A stretch of DNA of 64,000 nucleotides, taken from contig CDRNVI010000142.1 in NCBI GenBank assembly GCA_977017575.1, positions 12,953-76,952 on the forward strand. The letters run 5' to 3'. The DNA is from Paramoeba atlantica (lineage: Eukaryota > Protista > Discosea). A program made the translations under genes and the position numbers. Each line of letters opens with the position of its first letter. The stretch's first letter is position 1. Below, piece by piece: positions 62,610-64,000 of the stretch. Under the pieces are notes generated by a model. The model had not been told where the DNA came from. It ran no database searches and saw nothing but the letters and a program-made list of their open reading frames with translations.

Positions 62610-62841
62610 TTTCAGAACACAGGTTCCACACAAAAAACAAAATCTTGCAAGAAACAAAAAGGTGAAACAAAAAGAAATAAAAAAAGGGACACCGAAAAGA
62701 AGATGGGGATGAATTTCATTGAAATTTCGTTTGTTTTTTCACGACATTTCCCATATTCAGAAAGAGGAGTTTCGTTCCGCTCTTCCCGTTTTACTTTCTG
62801 AAATCTCAAACTGAAGAAGACCAATTATTTGAAAATCAAAA

Positions 62842-64000
62842 ATGGCGGACAAAACCAAAGAAGACACCATGACCATCACAAACTTTTTGAAGGAACATCA
62901 GCTCAGCGATATTGCAGCACTTGGTTTTTTTTTTACTTTTCACTCCCCATTTTTTTTTTTCATTAATGTTAATTCCACATAAAAAAATAGACACTCAAAA
63001 GCTTGTTGAAGTGGAGGACTCGTCATCCGTAGGAGAGGCGTTTCACGCTCTCGTTTCCCATTCACTTCATTGCGTCCCTGGTTCTCTCTCTCTCTCTCTC
63101 TCTTACTTCTTTTTGTGGGGAATGGTGCGTCTGATTAACATATTTTTTCTGTGCCACAGTGAAATCTGGGGAGAAGTATGTTGGATTATTGGATATCAAA
63201 GATTTCGTCACATATCTCATCAGATTGTGCAAGGTAAACATCCTTTTTTCCATTTCGTATTTTTTGACTCAAACTCATTTGTTGTATCATTCAGGGTGGA
63301 GAAGTTTATGACGAGTACATTTTTTTTTTCTCTTCCTTCTCTAAAAAAATTCTCTCTCTAAAATACAAAAATCAGAGCAGGGAAATTGTCTGATCTTTCC
63401 CATCAAAATCCTTTCCGTTCTCTTCCTGCTCACGGGACAGTTCTTGATGTTTGTTTCCTTCTTTTTACAAAAAGTTCCCTCTTTCCTCTCCCCTCTTTCT
63501 TTCTCATTGAAAAAACTCACAGGCGTTCCAATTGTTTGCGAAACATGCAAATGAGAAACCCTACAGCCTCCAACGTATTCCTCTCATTGGCCCTGATGGA
63601 AAGGTTTGCAAAATGTTGTCACAATCAACATTGGTGGAATGGTTTTACAAGCCAGAGGCGAAATGCTCTTCCTTCTTTTCTCAGAGTGTGTTAGATTTGC
63701 ACTGCGGTTTGTTTATTCCTTTCCCCCCTTTATCTCTCTCTCTTTTCAACCTCTCATCGAGAAAAATCGTCTTTCTATAGGGGCGCAATCAGGATTGAGA
63801 GTTAAAGCATCAGACAAACTTCGAGACGCTTTTGAAAAGATCATTTCACACAACTTTCATGGTCTTGTATTTTTTTTTTTTTTTGGTTCTTGGCCAAGAG
63901 TTTTTTTAAACATGGACTCAATTTTAAAAAATAATAGGTTGTCCCGTTGAAAATGAAGTGGGAGATATTGTTGGAAACCTCTCTCTTACTGATGTCATTC
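62842..64000 (+). CDS. CBS-domain protein (AMPK-gamma/SDS23-like), multi-exon, truncated by the window end
   Basis: MADKTKEDTMT start; exons LVEVEDSSSVGEAFHALVSHSLHCVP, YVGLLDIKDFVTYL, RIPLIGPDGKVCKMLSQSTLVEW, VKASDKLRDAFEKI and LPVENEVGDIVGNLSLTDV match four CBS repeats. Confidence 0.85.

Overview
This is AT-rich eukaryotic DNA with many short GT-AG introns, probably from a protist; the architecture is amoebozoan-like but the species cannot be determined here. The left ~43 kb is mostly mobile elements: a decayed Ty1/copia, a long degenerate intron-containing gene with P-element-like transposase motifs facing a 2OG-Fe(II) (TET/JBP-like) dioxygenase relic, and complex repeat arrays. It also holds an intact 6.6-kb L1-type LINE with an RNase H domain and a 16-bp TSD, a 585-bp MITE-like element, AT-rich satellites, a complete but stop-riddled Ty3/gypsy chromovirus with TG..CT LTR ends, a tRNA-headed SINE inside that chromovirus, and an IS630/Tc1 DD36E transposase relic. 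The right ~21 kb carries host genes: a large Cys-rich-ectodomain/7TM receptor, two tandem ankyrin genes with one repeat per exon, tRNA-Ser(GCT), a PiT/SLC20 phosphate transporter and a CBS-domain protein that runs off the window. LTR differences and TGA stops at Arg positions indicate CpG-methylation-driven decay of transposons, which makes the transposase plus TET/JBP-like pair the best candidate for a novel system. Single-base indels inside a conserved host gene suggest assembly errors, so frameshift-based pseudogene calls need caution. All family calls are by-eye motif matches; no searches were run.
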